Below, piece after piece: positions 26,450 to 39,404 of a stretch of DNA of 64,000 bases (position 1 is its first letter; each line of letters opens with the position of its first letter). Under the pieces are notes generated by a model. That model ran no database searches and was not told the origin of the DNA. It worked only from the letters and a program-made list of their open reading frames with translations. The stretch is taken from assembly GCA_973895155.1 (NCBI GenBank), contig OZ316896.1:10737525-10801524 (forward strand). Direction: 5' to 3'. Made by a program: the position numbers and the translations under genes. The DNA is from Marsupella aquatica. Taxonomy: Eukaryota; Plantae; Marchantiophyta.

Positions 26450-29400
26450 TCAACTAGAGTATGTTCTTGATTCCTCGGCGGCGTTTTTAATACGTTCATC
26501 GTCATTTTGGCACAAATAGCATCCTGAAGTTAAGTCTCGACGTTTGGGGCAAAGATCCAACTTTCTAACACTCAGTTGCTGGCACATAACGCTTCTGAAA
26601 TATCGGCAGTCCCCAGATAAAGAACAGAGTTGCAACTCTGATCAGTCGCTACATCTCCATTCAGAAACTTACTTGCGGTCACCAGCAAATCTTGTAGAAA
26701 AGGTTCTCAAAAGAATTCGAGGGACTCATGTTGCAAGGGTTAAGCTCCGGGTGGAGCATAATGATCGAGTCTCTGTTACCGGTTTGAGAAAGTATTCACA
26801 ACCTTCAACTAATCGCAAAGGTTGCGCGCAGTGACCGTCTAAGCACAAAGCCTTCAAATCACACCAAAAAGCTCTTGCGAACCATCAGATCTCTTTTCTC
26901 GTTGGTACAGTAGAGAAGTGCTAAATCCGAAAGCTCTGGCAAACCATCAAGATCTTTTTCTCGTTGATACAATAGAAAACTGCTAAATCCGGAATCCATA
27001 CACAGGATTCTTCAAATATTGATTTCTGGTAATGTTGTTTTCAAAATTGTATATGACATTTGAGTTTAAGGTGTCGCGACACCTTGAAAGAATTCAGAAC
27101 TGCAGCATCTCATTTGCAGGTAGCTACCAGCCTCACATCGAACTACCTCTGGCGTATTCTCCTGGACGAAGGTCCCAACATTAACCCTCTAATCAAAGAT
27201 ATGCACTTGGAGGAGCACGGTTCTGTTAGTCCATACTGCCTGCAGTAGCTAAAATGTTCAGACGTTGTGAGCCTTAGCCCCTGATTTGGTAGGACGTCTC
27301 GGTATCTGCAAAAAGAGCCTCTTCTGGTGGTTTAAATTTAGGACGTATCTATGGTGGATATTTACGAGGCTAACACATTTCAATAGAAATTTGTTCTCTC
27401 AGTCACCTGGCAATTGTCGCCTTACTAACACAAGTAAGATGAAGCTTAGGTGTGAGCTACCAATAATTATGGCACACGTTATAAGTCTTGAGGGTTGCAG
27501 CTCCCGTTTGATGGACTACTTTGAAATAAAAAATCTCTCCTCTGGCCACCTGCACAGAAGGCATGCTTTCCACGAGACTGGACGATATGCATCCCTTCCG
27601 TGATACAACAGATTTATTGAACTTGGAATGCAGGAATGTATGGGGTTTTGGCATTAGCTTCAGACGTAGGCTTGAAAATCGATGCCAACCTCAACTTTTG
27701 ACTCTGGCAGATTTCACTCACCAAATTATGATGGTGATCAAGTACTCCAATTGCAAGCCAGGTAGGAGTCTCTGGTACCAGTGATCGAGGTCATGTTCAG
27801 CTGCTTCAAAATTGCCAGAATGCTTTCATAATCTTCAATAATCTTGGGCAGGTCGATCCAATCTGTGAGCTTTCCGTCCACTGGATCCATGATCGAGAGT
27901 TCAGCTCTAAACGAACGGCCCAATTGAATTGGCCTGCTACAGTTCCCAGGCCATCTTCACAGAGTCTCCTGTCCCACGCATGCCGTATCGTCTCCTCGTG
28001 TAATCTCTGAGAGATGTGTCGTTCTTGGCACAGTGGCTAGTCTCCCAGCCCGGGGGCTTGGTGGCCTCAGGGCCCACTCCTTCAGGTCGGTCCCGGGAGT
28101 TCAAGTTCTTGCGCTCCTTCCAATCCACTACATAAGTGGAAGCCCTCTTTGCGAATTTTTTCTCGAATTCGCTCCACGCTTGATACTTGTAGTGATTCAC
28201 AACCGATCGCCGAGGATCGAGGTAGACTGACTGGTATTGGGGCTTCAAGTGGAAGTGATGGATCACGTTCTGGAGAGAGCTCTGCAGCGCTGGGAAATAC
28301 ACCATGGATTTGTGCCTCTGCTCCCCCAGGTCTCTGCAAGTGTACCCCTGCGTCACTCCCTCGGAAGGACTCGTGGTTCTACCTGAGGGCCCAAAATTTC
28401 TGCACAGGAACGAAATCTGTCCTACTTGCAGAGAAGGAGCACGCTTGATCGACTCAGCAGTAGTACCTATGGAACCCTGTTTAACAGCACGCATCGTCAC
28501 CCTCTTGATGGTATCTTCGATGAGAGATGCCAGAGGACTAGCTGATACTGGAGGCCTAGCTTCTTCTTCTTCTTCTTCTTCTGCTGCTGGAGCTGCTGCT
28601 GGAGCTGCTGGTCCTGTAGTTTCAGGCTCTTCCGTGAGTTCAAGCCATCGTTTGGGGAAAAGGTACTCATCCACATCGGTAAACAAAATCCACGTGCACT
28701 CTCGCTGAGCCTCGATGGCACAATTAGAGAAGCCAGCCTCCTGTGTCTTCACCCACGGCCAGTTTATTCTCGTCACATTGTACTCGGAAAGCTCGCTCAC
28801 CACCCTCCGGATATCATCCTCGCTGTTGTTGTCGTACAGGAAGAATTTCTCCACCCCTAGATCAGAGTTGAAGAGCACCCACTCTTTGAGAAACTTGGCC
28901 ACATTCCAGATCATCGTGCAGGAGCACACAAGATGCTTCTTTTTTTGCGTTGTCACCCCACCCCCAAAATTCAACCTGCTTGAGCCCGCCTCCATATTCC
29001 CACTCCCTGCTGCCACTACTCTCACCGGGAGAGTGGATGCTCCGGCTCCCCGAATGGGTTCGTAGTAGGCAACTGAAGGAATGGTCTTGCCTTTGTAGAT
29101 CAGATGCACTTTCACTCTGGTGACGAATATTGTGGGTTGATTCACACTAGGAAACTCGCACCGAAAAACCTCTTGGGCACCTGCTGTGACAGGAGTTTCC
29201 ATCGCCTCCCCAAACCTGCAACTGAAATTCTCCAGCTCAGTGTACTCCGTCGTCTTTCTCCGTGATGAATCGAAGAGGTTCTTCACGTAGATAACGACAT
29301 CCACCTCCGTTACCTGCACTGCATAGACTAGAGCCTTATCCCACCGAGCTGGCTTCAGAGTTCCACCCTTGTTTGGCAGTAGGAGAGCTGCATCGCCCAC

Positions 29401-32243
29401 GGCGCTGTCCAGCTCCAGAGACACACTTTCAACATTCAATGTAGTCTGCATGCGCAGGGAGGGCGGTCTTGTGCATGAGACACCCAGTCTGCGGTCAGGT
29501 AACAAATCCACCACGCGAGGGGCCGATTTCAGCTCAGGCTCCGCTCCATAACTACACGCAGAAATCCTCGCTCCGTGCACTGAGGAGCCATGCCTCACAA
29601 TGAACAAATCCAAGTCCTCCGGAAGGATTACAATATCTTCGATGAAAGGAGTGGAAGAAGGCTTGGTTAAGCTTCCATCCCCATGACTCGTGAGTGATCT
29701 GGGATGGGTTTGGGATCCAGCACCGGACCCCCTTCTCTGACGGAGGGCGTTGAACGAGAAGGCAAACATTTGCTCTGTTCGACGCTCCCATAGCAATTGC
29801 GCGGATGGTCCAGAGTCGCGAGGATACGAGAGAATCAGCTTCCTAGGATAGAAAATCTTAGCTGCATCATCAACGTCACCACAATAACAGTCAGCTCTGG
29901 TGAAGATGGCAACTCAATCCCTCGAGGTTACATTTGCAATTCATCATGTAGATGCAGTTAATCCTGCCAAGTCTTCGAAATTACTTAAGAATGACGTCGA
30001 TGGGGTCACCTAGCTAGGTTCTCAAAAGATAGACCAGAAGTGAAGGTGTACCCTAAGGACAGACCAGACATACAAAAGATCAACGAGGACTACATGGTGG
30101 TCATTACGACGCCGATTGAGTCCAGATATGATCCGCTACATTAGATGGCAACACCGATATCCACGGTATCGACTGGGATGTCGAAGATTGACAAGAGATC
30201 ATTTGTCGGTCGTGTTGTCGAAACCAGGCTAGAATGAGACCATTCGCTACGATGACGACCATGTCTTCGTAATACCTCGACCATCCGAAATGTGATACAC
30301 CCAATAGAGCTAGGCGTTCTCAGCAAGCGGGATCCTGATCTCCACCAAATTTCTCAGCAAGTATGGATGATGGTGGAAGATTTCACCACCCCTCGAATTT
30401 CGGGTTCTTATTTTCTTCACGTATTAAGAGTGCTCCATACCTGGAGTCGTGGCCAAGGATTACGATTCTCGTGGATCCCCGAGACAAAATTTCTCATTAG
30501 TGTACAATTTTGCTTAGTCTGACAAATCTAGACCCCGAACCCGTGGTCATGGCTCGAGCTAAATGAGCTCTCACCGATCCGCTTGTTCATTAACTTTGCC
30601 ATGCCGGATTGAAACTAATACAACCGTCATGATCCAGCTCGGATTATATGCTCGCATTACCCAGTACATTGAGCTCTTTCATGCCATGCCACAGCTGATC
30701 CGACACTCTACGATCCACCGGTTCATTAAGTTGCCATGCTTGATTGAAACTAGTGCCTCAAACTGGTTCCCTTCGGTTACGGGATGCCAATCACAGAAAA
30801 GCACAGAAAACGAAATAGATAGTAAATTGCGGGCTCCATGCTAATCAGAGTACGAACCGCCGAGACTTGAAGTTACGGCAATGGTCAGGATCGGCGGCGC
30901 TGAAAATCAGCAGACACCGGTTCTCACTGCAGTACAACTCTTGTCGGAAGATGATCTCTCTAGTTCAATTGTATCCGGACCCGTGACGACTTCTATTATT
31001 TGAGTACTGACACAAGCCCGAACAACTTTCCAAACTGCTGGAACTGGCAAGACTTATGAACATAACGCGGTTTTCAGGAAAAGAGGGTCATTGCATCGAT
31101 ACTAACGCTACTACTGCTGCACTCTTGCACTCGTCATAGCACCAGGGTCCACAGCTACAATCCGTAGGTGACCGCATATCCCGGGGAGTTTCAAAGGAAA
31201 GGAAAAGCAAGTTCAGCTCGTCGCGTGTAACCATAATGCTCAATTTGCTGGCTGTCAGAATGACGGGTCCACAGCGTGCTAATCTCGAATAGCTGCTACG
31301 CTATGGGTGGTCTACGGGGCTTGTGATCTCAGGAAGTCCTTACTCATGTCTACCGTCCGAATCAAAATCACCCGCACAAAGGGGGGGGGGGGGGTGGAGA
31401 GAGAGTCTGTTCCTCAAGCGAGCGAGTAGGGTCTCAGACTCTCTCATGGATGCAATGAAAGGATTCATTCCCCCTATCACACGGCCTACGCGACGACCAA
31501 AAATGGCATTTCTCGTGAAGGAAATATGTGAACAGGAAAGTACGAGCAACACTAAGGCAACCGTTCTGATAGTAGAGGCGCAAATCGTGATGCTGAAGCT
31601 CCGACGAAATCTCGAAGAGAGTTCATGGCTTTAAACTCTCTCTCGTTACTAAGAACTAACGGCGAGAAAAAAGTTACTGGGAATAATTGAGCCGAAATTG
31701 AAGTACGCAGAGTGTCTGTTGCACGACTTCATCTTTCGATGTACACAATCATCGAGTTGCGGGTCGATGTACAGCAAAGTGTGTGAGTAACGTGCGATGC
31801 CATCCGTGCTGTTACCAGAAAACGGTGTCACCTCCCAAGTGTCAGGCAGCTCGTGCCCAAAATCCATACCAGGAGAAAAGACGATCAATGGACTGAACGA
31901 GTGGAAATGCATAGAAGGGGAGGGGAGACGGGAGGCGTTGAGTACCTTGAATTGCGTTGCCCATGGGCGTGACTGAGGTCAATAAACAAAGAGATGCCAG
32001 GGTAACCACGAAGATCCATATTCGGGTGAGACACCATCGCCTCCTCCCAATTTGATCCAGCGGTTTCCTGTGGGCTCCAGAATAATGACTCAAACTGTAG
32101 TGAGCTCCGAATCCTTTCTCCAGCCCTCCACGCCCCATTCTAGGCTTTTTCCCCCTTGAGTTCGCTCCTGGCCCGGCCGAGCGAGCGACTCTCTCCCAAA
32201 AATGCTCCCCGACGCCATCAAATTCATCGACACCGCCCTTCAT
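26450..32243 (-). CDS. Multi-exon gene for an uncharacterised type II membrane protein (exon chain only partly resolved), interrupted by the GT92 ORF
   Basis: ATG at 32243 and TM helix IWIFVVTLASLCLLTSV. Short phase-compatible introns at 31869-31809, 31706-31650, 30107-29964 and 29931-29862. Further exon-like blocks downstream of GT92 at 27933-~27776, ~27550-27460, ~27240-27150, ~26770-26690 and ~26605-26450. Confidence 0.55.
27937..29769 (-). CDS. Glycosyltransferase family 92 (DUF23) protein, intronless ORF
   Basis: CSCTMIWNVAKFLKEWV…GVEKFFLYDNNSED, WPWVKTQEAGFSNCA, WILFTDVDEY (DxD), FGPSG, HKSMV, NVIHHF and VNHYKYQAW. First ATG is at 29769 (the track's 29796 start is a TTG). No N-terminal TM helix of its own. 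Confidence 0.92.
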   Translation of the reverse strand: MFAFSFNALRQRRGSGAGSQTHPRSLTSHGDGSLTKPSSTPFIEDIVILPEDLDLFIVRHGSSVHGARISACSYGAEPELKSAPRVVDLLPDRRLGVSCTRPPSLRMQTTLNVESVSLELDSAVGDAALLLPNKGGTLKPARWDKALVYAVQVTEVDVVIYVKNLFDSSRRKTTEYTELENFSCRFGEAMETPVTAGAQEVFRCEFPSVNQPTIFVTRVKVHLIYKGKTIPSVAYYEPIRGAGASTLPVRVVAAGSGNMEAGSSRLNFGGGVTTQKKKHLVCSCTMIWNVAKFLKEWVLFNSDLGVEKFFLYDNNSEDDIRRVVSELSEYNVTRINWPWVKTQEAGFSNCAIEAQRECTWILFTDVDEYLFPKRWLELTEEPETTGPAAPAAAPAAEEEEEEEARPPVSASPLASLIEDTIKRVTMRAVKQGSIGTTAESIKRAPSLQVGQISFLCRNFGPSGRTTSPSEGVTQGYTCRDLGEQRHKSMVYFPALQSSLQNVIHHFHLKPQYQSVYLDPRRSVVNHYKYQAWSEFEKKFAKRASTYVVDWKERKNLNSRDRPEGVGPEATKPPGWETSHCAKNDTSLRDYTRRRYGMRGTGDSVKMAWEL

Positions 32244-32399
32244 ATACGAACTCTAAATCTTCCAACGTCGAAATGCTGTTCTGCCAACTACAGATAAACG
32301 TCGTTCGGAAATCAATCAATTCTTCCTGGAGCCAGCGAAGGCCTGCTTGTCTGCTCGTTGCCTGTCGAGGTGACTGAAAGACGGAATGAATGACTATTC

Positions 32400-34170
32400 G
32401 AAGGTCAGGCCACAGAGGCAGCGAACTGACAAACCCATCAGATCAACAACCTGGACCTGCATTCCTACCTGTCTGCGTTTCCTGCAAGATTGACGCCAGC
32501 CAGCCCCTGAGATCGCCTGGAGTGTTCTACTTAATCAGACCATGTCACATCAACCAGTGAACAAGAAGAAGAAGAGCATTAGTGCACGCCTCGCAAGCGA
32601 AGTGAAATAGTATCATTCACCTCCCAAAGAAGGGAACCGTTCTACGAGTGACACCGCCATCGATCTTCCGTTCATGGCCGCTGTGTGAAGAAGGATTTGT
32701 TCGGCATTTGGCAACCTCAGTCTCGCTGACATGACAGCAGGCTTCGATACCGTCGCACGCGTACCGCGGAATGGAGTTTCATCAAAGCGGTGCAAGTAGG
32801 GGAGAGACTTCCTCTCCTCCTACCTCCTGCCGCCGCCCCGAGCAGAGCGGTACATTGGATCAGTCCCGACTTGTACAGCTTTGCTAGCTTGCTTACTTCG
32901 TCGCTCGCACGAGAAAACGCCTTGCTAAGTCACACCCCTATACTACCGCAAGAAAACCTCTCCGGAGAAGTGAATCTCGGTCAGCTTCATGGGAAGACCA
33001 TTTTTAGCCGTAGAATTCTTTTGGCTCCGTCGAAGTGCTATAAAGTTTCTGGCCAGGAACGGCATTCCAGCACACTGACCGAAAAGTACTTAGCGTTGCG
33101 TACCGTCGACTGTTCAAGCTCGTTCATCAGTCAACCTGCCCCTAGTCACAATTCATCCATTGCATCACGTGCATATCAAAGAGAGCTAGGCAACCGTCTC
33201 CATCGTCCGTCAAGACAATCCCAGCGGCCCAGCCAGCCCCGCCTGATGATTCATACCCGGATTCACCCCCGGATTCACCCCCGGATTCACAAAGAAAACG
33301 TACGCAGAATTGATTGTCACATTGCCTTCGAAGAATAATGGTACGGTACTGAACTGATGAGTTCTCTTCTGTCGACTGTGCGAGAGAGCTGGTCCCACAG
33401 AATGAGCTTTGAACGTCACTGCATGAAAGCCTTGAAGGCTTGAAAGGATCACTAGGGCCTGCTGTTGCTGTTGAGAGAATCGGCGTTGTAGGGCCCAATG
33501 CAGCTTTGCTTCGCGGGCTGCAAGTACATCATTCTGGAGCTAACCACTACCCTGTCCAAAAAGGCGAAGGTCGTTGGAATGAAGTGTGATTCTCAAGGCA
33601 AGGCCAAGAAAAAAAAAGAAAAAAGCCAAGGTGGAAGTTCAACCTCGTCATCCCCTGCTCCACTTTCCTCCTAGTCTAGTGCTCTATTACAAGCTTGCGA
33701 AGTCATTCAAGCTGACCGCCCATCAACCAACATCAGCGATGACCGTTAATAAGCAAGCACAGCAGTCACGAAATAGAAATCGTTATCGTCGACTCTCCTT
33801 CCTTTCCTGTTGCTGGCCACAACGAGACAGGACCATTTGTCTCCGGGAAGATTCCCTCGTATCTTTCCATACCTCTTCAGGATTCAAACTGTAAATCCGC
33901 AAGACCGAGAATTTACATCGGCAACCGTGCAGCAGCCTGTCATCTCATGTCATGTCCTTTGCACAATTATTAGTAGTAAAATTATGGAGCCCAGAGCCCT
34001 CCGAATTGCCAGCTGCTGCTTCGAAAGAGCACGAGGAAGAGGGTGGACCAGGCAATGGATCGACCGGCGTGCCGCAAGGCAACGCTACTGAACTTTGCTC
34101 CTCCTTTCTCCGCAAGTCCAGGTTCCCCTCAGACACTGACCAATTCCCAGCGGGTTCTCCGTGCTCCATC
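32400..34170 (-). other. Possible additional multi-exon gene or pseudogene, unresolved
   Basis: CpG-rich, coding-like segments with splice-like borders (e.g. ~33550-33300, ~33890-33750, ORF 33945-34169). I could not build a continuous model or recognise a family. Confidence 0.25.
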
Positions 34171-37100
34171 CAGGCCTACTTCTGCGTCAAGTCATGTACT
34201 CTACTTGAGCCAGTCTGTTTATTGCCGCAGTCGGAGGCGTGCATCGCTCATTCTAACCAGGAGATCCTCTCGACTCTCGAGCGCATTCATTCAACTTCCT
34301 CCAACTCCACATATTTTCGAGATAAAGCAACTCATCATTCTCCTCCAGTCTGTTCGTTGCCGCAGTCGGAGGCGTGCATGACTGCATGGCTCGAAAGAGA
34401 TTAGAGAAGCTCCTCTCGAGCCCATTCATCATTACGTCCTCCGACTAGACACATTTTCGTGATGATAGTAATGGCGGATCTCATGCACAGAAAATTAATT
34501 CGCTCTCGCTCTCACATCTCTGATCTCTATCATCTCAGCATTGATCACTGATCAGAGTCAGTTCTTTCGTACAGCTCTGGTCAATGATCCAGCTCAACTC
34601 GATAAAGTCGATGGATTTTTATTTACATGTAAAGTCAACTGTTGTAAAGTCAGATATTTAATTACTGTCGACAGTCCATAACTGCAGCGTTTATGAGTGC
34701 ATTATGTGGATATCTGCAGGTCGGCCGTCTAATCCCATAATATTATGGTATTTGTTTGTCGTAAATCCACCAAAAAATAGAATGTTTGTAAACGACACTA
34801 AACGATGTCACTAAACGACAAAGATATAATTGCATTTTGGTCTATACGAGTGCACATGCACTAATCAATTAGTGCACACATCTGTTCGAAGCATCAGTAA
34901 CAAGTGCCACGAACAATTATACATGGTAGTTTTATGTACTTATTCAATTCAATCAATTGAATGGTGCACTATGAGTATTTGGGGTATGAGGAGGAGTCAT
35001 GGGTTTCTTTTTGTTCTTTTGTCGTTTGTAGATGGGTTTATTTTTGTTCAGGGTCAATAGTAGAGGGTTCATTGCATACTTAGACAAAAGAACAAAAAGA
35101 AATTCCAAAACATCATGCAAAGAACAAAAAGAAATGCCAAAACGTCATGCAAACCCCTGTGCATTGGTTTTGTGAAACAAACCAAAGATTACATTCAAAC
35201 CTGAAGACATGAACCATATTGTTTCACTTAGTAACTCATGATTTGCACCATGGCTGCCAGTGATCTAGGGTTCCCCCAAGGATGTAGTTTGTCATTCATC
35301 ATTGTTTGACTCTAAATTTTACAGTAGCTCTTATTGGTGATAATATCAAGCTAAAACTCTTTATAGAAACTTTACAAGAACATCTAACACAAAAGTGTGA
35401 GAGGAGGCCTAGTTTGTAACAAAAGTTTCATAAGGGCCTATCACCTAAATTTGTTTTGGCAGGGATCCCATCAAGCATATCCCTCCCCAATGAGTGTAAT
35501 TTAGTTTCAGGGGGTGAAGCTGCAGCTGCACTGCAAGTCAGACAAATAGTTTTTCTATCATGGACCCACTATTTGATGCCCAGCCGGCACATGTCCACTG
35601 GCTGGTCTCTCAAAGCTCAAATACCACTCCTTATGCAGTAGTAAGTAGTCTTGTTTAGCTCCTTCCTTGTGAAGTCTGCTTTTCTCCTAGCATGGGCCTC
35701 CTGGTTCTCTAGACTGTTCTTTGGTCCCCCAGGTGCCAACCCCTTTTGTGGGCCCACCCATATTGTATGCTGGCTTTTTTAATGAAATTCATTGAGTTTT
35801 TTTAGGCCAAAAAAATGCAACAAACCAATTGGCTTTAGTAAGTTGGCCAGAGGATGAGCCTAGTTTTAGGCAAAAAAAATGCAACAAACCAACTGGCTTT
35901 AGTTCAGTTGGCCAGAGGATGAGCCTAGAGCCGATAGGTCCTAGGTTCAATCCTCCCTCCACACATAAGGGGTGTGTAGGGTGTGTGTGTGTTGTAGTGG
36001 TGGGAGTATTGATTATCTTCTCAGCCCTGGTTGCCCACTTTAGGTTCTGGTTTAATCCTCTCTCCGTCCTGGTTTGGGTCCCTGTCTCATCCCTGGGTAT
36101 TGTCCCCTTGTGGTTGCCCTACATAGAAATGCATGCTCCAAAGCAAGACATCTATCCTCTGTTGGATGGGCCTGCATTCAGTTTTCAAGGCAAAAAAATT
36201 AAAAATGCAACATGCACATATGGAGAATTGCATAAATGATGTTCATGCAAGTATGACATAGTGTGTAAGGGGATAAGTGCAAGTTTGGGGTGTCTCCATG
36301 GGAGCCTGCAATAGACACATAGACTATACTATAACTCAAAGCTTGTCCTTTGGGAGCCACCAACTATTTTGGGGATTCTCATAACCATACATCAAAATAT
36401 GACATATATTGCGTATGACATCACTCCATACCATGATAAATCTCCTTGTTTCTTTAAATCAATCAAAATATGACATATATTGTGAATGACATCACTCCAT
36501 ACCATGATAAATCTTCTTATTACTTTAAATGCGTGTACATCACTCCATATCATGATAAATCTCCTTATTTTAATTTACATAGTATATTATCACATTTTAA
36601 TGTGTGATTACCAACATGGCTATTTTTGGCTAAATTTCACCCCCTTGAAAAGTCTTGTTCACTTTTGGCTAAAATTACCTACACTTTGTTGTCGTTCATT
36701 TACCATTCTTCCACCTAGTCCAGACCAGACGACTGTAGCTCCTTAGATTTTATGATAACGCTGAGAGACCCCAACTACTGTAGTCCTTGGAATCTAGTGG
36801 TCTTCGTCAAATCTAAGGAGATGAGAAAGTAATCTAGGAAAAGTACATAACGAATCCATGAGGCTATAAACCCAATCAAGGGATAGCAACAAAAGAGCCA
36901 AATTAAAGGCCCCTCATTCGAAACATTTATGCCACCCTTGTTGAAAAGGAAAAAACCTTAAATAAAGCTGGAGCCCACCGTGGTTTATTTTGAGTATCCT
37001 AACGTAGCCCTTCCAGGTTTTTTTTCTTTTACAAAAATCAGGTCAGGTCAGGTCTTCCTGGGCCCCCATCACTTCTGGTTTCTTTTAATCAGTAAGCCCT

Positions 37101-37759
37101 CAAAATCTCCCTATGTGATAAATTTTTTAAAAAACTCAGATGAGCCCACTCACCACTCAACTCAAGCTGACTCGACTCAAGTCAGTTGTCCAACTGAAAA
37201 CTCAGGTCAGGTTGTCAATTGGGAGCCCATCACCTGTGGTTTCTTTTTCTTGTAAGTAGTGTTAACTTTCCCTTTCAGATGAAAAACTAAAAAACGGTTA
37301 GCTCTTTCATCAACTCAACTCAAGGGCAACTCAGGTCAGTTTCTGCATCATGCATCTTAAGGGCCAACTTGCATGTTGACCCTCCTTCACAATGTGGCCC
37401 TTAGACTGCAACATGTTGTCATGAGACTGGAAGATTCTCCAATCCTGTAAGCCCCTCCTTCTGGTCTGCTTTTGTTTTCTTTAGTATCAATGCCCAGATT
37501 GGGAGAGCACAAATCTTTCCTTAAACTGCCAGTGCCCACCAGGTTTGGGAAGGACAAAATAGTGCACATTTGTACTTTCTAGAGAACATTATTGACTTAT
37601 CCACCAGGTTTTGCTTCGGGGACACTGACCTTTTAACACCTTTCATGGTTTTTTTCTTTGTAGTTTATGTGCTTTATGGAGACAAATGCATGTTCCAAAT
37701 TGGGAAGGGGACATTATGAAACTCTCACTCTAGTTTTTACTACTTAAGAACATGGTGCA

Positions 37760-38650
37760 TGAACACCATATTTGATGATGGTGACAATAGGGGGATAAAT
37801 TACACTGAAAATGAACTGAAGCAGGATTGCTGCAGTGTGTTGCATGTCTCACAGGATCCGTGCCTAGGTAATGCCCTACAAGCTGAGAGATTTTGGGATG
37901 AGTCTTATGAGAGGCAGAAGCTGAAGGATGTTGAGATGAGGGGTCCATCAAAGGAAAGTGGCGGACATGAAGCATGATTTATCCAACTTTATTGGTTGTT
38001 ACCATCAAGTAGATGCTAGGCAGGCGTTGGGCACTAAGAGGCTGACAATTTTGAGCTGCCTATGAATTGTATAAGGACCTAATCATTCAAAGGAGCAGAG
38101 TTTCACCTTCAAGGCCACCTTCTGGATTTTGAAGGAGTGCCCCAGGTGGTGCAATCTAATAGACAATGTAGCAAAGGGAAATTTGAAGAAGAAGGTGTTG
38201 GCAAGGGAGGAGACACAGACAAGAAGAATTTCAGGCCCAATCCCAAAGTGCTCACTACTTCAGATGATGATAACAATGCAGAAGACTCCTGGAATTGCTT
38301 GACATTCAAGAAGTGTCCCAACAGATGGGCCAAAGATAGTAGGCTAGTTGTGGCAATTGTGCTGTGATTTTTCTGATGTGGAGACAAGCGTGGATTTCCT
38401 CCAACATCAAACTTCAACTGAAAATACTTGTCATGTGCACAAATAACTTATTTTATGAAAATTTATGAAACAACCTAGTAAGTGCACAATCATATGAAAC
38501 CTTCTTCTTAATTTCAACTCCCCATGAGTAGTATTTTCCAAAAGTAATCATTCCACAAATCTCTAGCACCCTTCTCTCTATTTTTCTTTGCATTACGACT
38601 TGTACGTATTCTGGACCCTTTTCACTCCACGTTGCATTTGGGTTGCAACT
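37760..38650. pseudogene. PIF/Harbinger relic: Myb/SANT-like ORF1 (+) converging on a transposase fragment (-)
   Basis: RGINYTENE…LHVSQDPCLGNALQAERFWD and FTFKATFWILKECPRW match the Harbinger ORF1 pattern. 38540-38640 resembles 16430-16520. Confidence 0.65.
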
Positions 38651-39404
38651 TCGTTGGCTGCACATGTTGTGTTGTGAGTTTGGGAGGGTGACCTGGTATA
38701 GCAAGTCACCTGTAGGGATGACCTGTTCACCCAGGTTACCATGCCCTTTTTCCATGGGGGTATACCTTGAAGAATGAGGATTAGCTCCTCATTCTTCCAA
38801 GTTGAACCTTCCGGCACTAGTAGAGCTCGTGTGAGTGTAGCTATGGTGAGAGAGACATAGAGTGTATGCCGGCTGGCATGTAAAGGGACATTAACAAGGT
38901 TCTGCTACGTGTATAGACTTGGAGCGGGGTGAGTTTGGCTTGATGTGACATTGCCCCAAACCCGATAGTATTTTAGTGATAACTTATAATTGCATATATA
39001 AGTAGAAAGACAAGTAGGTGTAGCAAAAGTGGTTGGATTTTTAATTTTTTTAGTTTTTGTTAGTTCTAATAAATTGATGCGACAACCGGAGGCTGGAGTT
39101 GAGAGGGGTGTTGGGCGGTGATGGATGACAATGGAGCCAGTGAGGGGGCAAGGAGGCCAAAAGGCAGCCCAAGGACTTGGAGGCCAAGGTGTGGGCATCT
39201 TGGAGAGGTGGGGGCTGGTCGGAGGCTCTATGTAAGGCGCAAAACAGGAAGAATGACCAAAATATAGAAAATGTTGAAAATTAAAATAGACGTTGTTGCG
39301 CTAGTACTATTCCAAAAATGGTCATGTTTGAATTCATTTTGAAGCCCTCAATGAGCCCCATGTGAAACTGACGTTCTCTAGTTGATTTTAGGTCTATATC
39401 AAAC

